Source: Fonticula alba ATCC 38817 (taxonomy: Eukaryota > Protista > Nucleariida). From it: DNA of 6,296 nt. Location: NCBI GenBank assembly GCA_000388065.2, contig KB932206.1; one strand, 5' to 3'. This document shows, piece after piece, positions 4,781-6,296 of the stretch. A program made the translations under genes and the position numbers. Each line of letters begins with the position of its first letter. The first letter of the stretch is position 1. A model generated the notes under the pieces. The model ran no database searches. It was not told the origin of the DNA and worked only from the letters and a program-made list of their open reading frames with translations.

Positions 4781-5800
4781 CTACCCCCGGGCCGAGGCAG
4801 CAACCTGACGGCCGGCCTCGGGGCCGCCGAGATCCCGCGACAGCAAGATCGCCACCTGCGGCTGCAGCAGCCCACAGGTGAGGACCTCCCCACTTGGGCC
4901 TCGGAGGAGGCCGATTCGCAGCCACACGTGCCAGCCATCGATCCTGGTCGTGCGATGCTGCCGAAGTCGCGTGAGGGTGTCCGGTGTCAGAGACAATGCC
5001 GGGCCTGTGGCCGGCCTGTGGATGGCAAGGTTGGCCGGCACATGCCTGTGCTGGCAGAGAAGCCCACGGGCAGGCGGCCACGAACGCACCTCCAGCAGGG
5101 CCACCAGCCCGTCGGGAAAGCACCGCAAAAGAAGATCCCCCATGCACTCGGCCAGATCCGGCTCCGGGCCTGCGCCCTCGGCTGGGCGCATCGAAAAGGA
5201 CACCCACACCCGGGCCACCGACGCCGGCGATCCCCGGATTCGGATGTGCACATTTTCCCCGAACCAGGGACCCGCAGCCACCCCATGCCGGAAGGCCTCG
5301 GGAAAGAGGAGGCCCTCCTCCGGGGTGTCCCAGGCCCCGGGCCCCGGGCTGTTCGTCGGACTGCGGGCAGGTGCATGGGTGTCGGCGCCGGCGCCAAGGC
5401 CAGCGAAGGGAACGGAAGAACCAGGCTCGCCGGTGCGTCTTAGCACAAAGCACCGGCCATTCGCCTCGAGAACAAGAGGAGGGTCCACGGCCACCGCCGC
5501 CGCCAACAGGGCCGCCGTTCGCGGCAGAGCAAAAACAACATGCGACAGGGGGGATGCCCCCCGGGGAGGAGGGCCAAAGTGCAAAGGGACCACCAGTGAC
5601 AGCCCCTGCTGGCGGCCCAGCAGCCAGGCTCCGGTGGGAGTACACCCGGGCCGGGGGCCCTCGTCCAAATACATGCGCGCCGGCTGGCCGGCCAGCAGGC
5701 GCCCATGTGCCAGTGGGAAGTGCCCATCGCTGGCGATGCCCACACACTGGAAGAGCATGCAGCAGCCGGCCACCATGCCACAAGCCCGGGGGGAAGAGGA
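4781..5800 (-). CDS. Hypothetical protein, last coding exon (339 aa + TAG)
   Basis: Begins exactly at a CTGAC-C-tract-GCAG acceptor, in phase with the upstream exon. G/C3-rich codons and protein-like composition (WDTPEEGLLFPEAFRHG...DLAECMGDLLLRCFPDGLVALLEVRSW...WHVWLRIGLLRG). No recognisable domain. Confidence 0.75.
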   Translation of the reverse strand, partial: SSSPRACGMVAGCCMLFQCVGIASDGHFPLAHGRLLAGQPARMYLDEGPRPGCTPTGAWLLGRQQGLSLVVPLHFGPPPRGASPLSHVVFALPRTAALLAAAVAVDPPLVLEANGRCFVLRRTGEPGSSVPFAGLGAGADTHAPARSPTNSPGPGAWDTPEEGLLFPEAFRHGVAAGPWFGENVHIRIRGSPASVARVWVSFSMRPAEGAGPEPDLAECMGDLLLRCFPDGLVALLEVRSWPPARGLLCQHRHVPANLAIHRPATGPALSLTPDTLTRLRQHRTTRIDGWHVWLRIGLLRGPSGEVLTCGLLQPQVAILLSRDLGGPEAGRQVAASARG

Positions 5801-5918
5801 CTGCGGGGGGGGGGGGGGGGGGTCAGCTCCGAGGGGAGGGCCAGGCTGGGAAGCGGAGGGCCAACACCCGAGCATGGCGCCCACTCTACGCGTGGGAGAC
5901 CAGGGGGAAAGCACATAC
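5801..5918 (-). other. Spliceosomal GT-AG intron (118 nt, phase 0)
   Basis: Donor TCG|GTATGT at 5918; branch-like GCTGAC (A at 5823); C18 tract (5822-5805); acceptor GCAG| at 5801. Removal fuses two ORFs in frame. Confidence 0.8.
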
Positions 5919-6218
5919 CGAGTGTGAGGCCGCCGGCATGATGGATATCGTGAAGTCCTGGGGCAGCGCCCGTCGCAGACGCTCAGATGCTGGCAGCATG
6001 CCCGGCGTGGCATTGCCACAAGAGACACACTCGGCCGTGGCCACGGGCCTGGGCACCACCCGGAAGAAGGCCGTCGCGACTACCGGCGGGGGAAGGCCCG
6101 CCGCGGTCAGCCTCATATCGGGCTCTCCTTCGCTGAAGGCCAAGTCCGGATCGTCGGGCAAAAGATCGCATGTCCTGGAAGTCAAGCGGCAGAAGGAGCA
6201 ACAAGTGGGGCGAACCAT
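5919..6218 (-). CDS. Hypothetical protein, upstream coding exon (100 aa from ATG 6218; may extend to 6265)
   Basis: MVRPTCCSFCRLTSRTCDLLPDDPDLAFSEGEPDMRL...MPAASHS ends precisely at the GTATGT donor. The frame stays open upstream to the window edge. Confidence 0.7.
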
Positions 6219-6265
6219 CAGTCGCCGAGGCTGTTGGGCTTCTCCTTTTTGACAGGGAGACAGGG

Positions 6266-6296
6266 CTAAAACGGAGGAGAGGGAGGGAGAGGGAGG
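6266..6296 (-). other. Probable 3' end of a further upstream intron
   Basis: Minus strand CCTCCCTCTCCCTCCCTCTCCTCCGTTTTAG|: pyrimidine tract plus TAG, truncated by the window edge. Confidence 0.45.

Noticed and set aside
4376-6252. Plus-strand ORFs of 355, 349 and 422 aa and minus-strand 4662..5783
   Set aside because: Low-information R/P/G/A text expected from stop-poor GC-rich sequence overlapping the spliced minus-strand gene.
1-6296. CRISPR array, rRNA, transposase or terminal inverted repeats, organellar or bacterial origin
   Set aside because: No regularly spaced repeats, rRNA sequence or transposase motifs; A34 tRNAs, oligo-T terminators and GT-AG introns indicate a nuclear eukaryotic locus.

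Overview
GC-rich eukaryotic nuclear DNA. Evidence: three A34/inosine-type tRNAs, no encoded CCA ends, oligo-T Pol III terminators and spliceosomal introns; the lineage cannot be named from this window. The core is a compact cluster of six intron-less tRNA genes over about 2.25 kb: Gly-GCC(+), Thr-AGT(+), Phe-GAA(-), Arg-ACG(-), Asp-GTC(-), Ile-AAT(+). Gly and Thr are only 5 nt apart and share one terminator, so they look like a dicistronic Pol III unit. Each independent tRNA unit has an AT-rich/TATA-like element about 25-39 nt upstream, three of them with a CAA near +1. On the right is a spliced minus-strand protein gene of unknown function (exons 6218-5919 and 5800-4781, 118-nt GT-AG intron, 439 aa or longer). 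On the left is a probable plus-strand gene whose coding signal hops through three frames. The ~1 kb between tRNA-Asp and tRNA-Ile is unexplained. It holds a TATA box, a ~47% GC island with several strong hairpins (candidate structured ncRNA), a canonical-looking minus-strand intron and a Lys/Glu-rich minus-strand ORF. Most long ORFs in the six-frame track look like GC-rich shadow frames. No protein family could be recognised.
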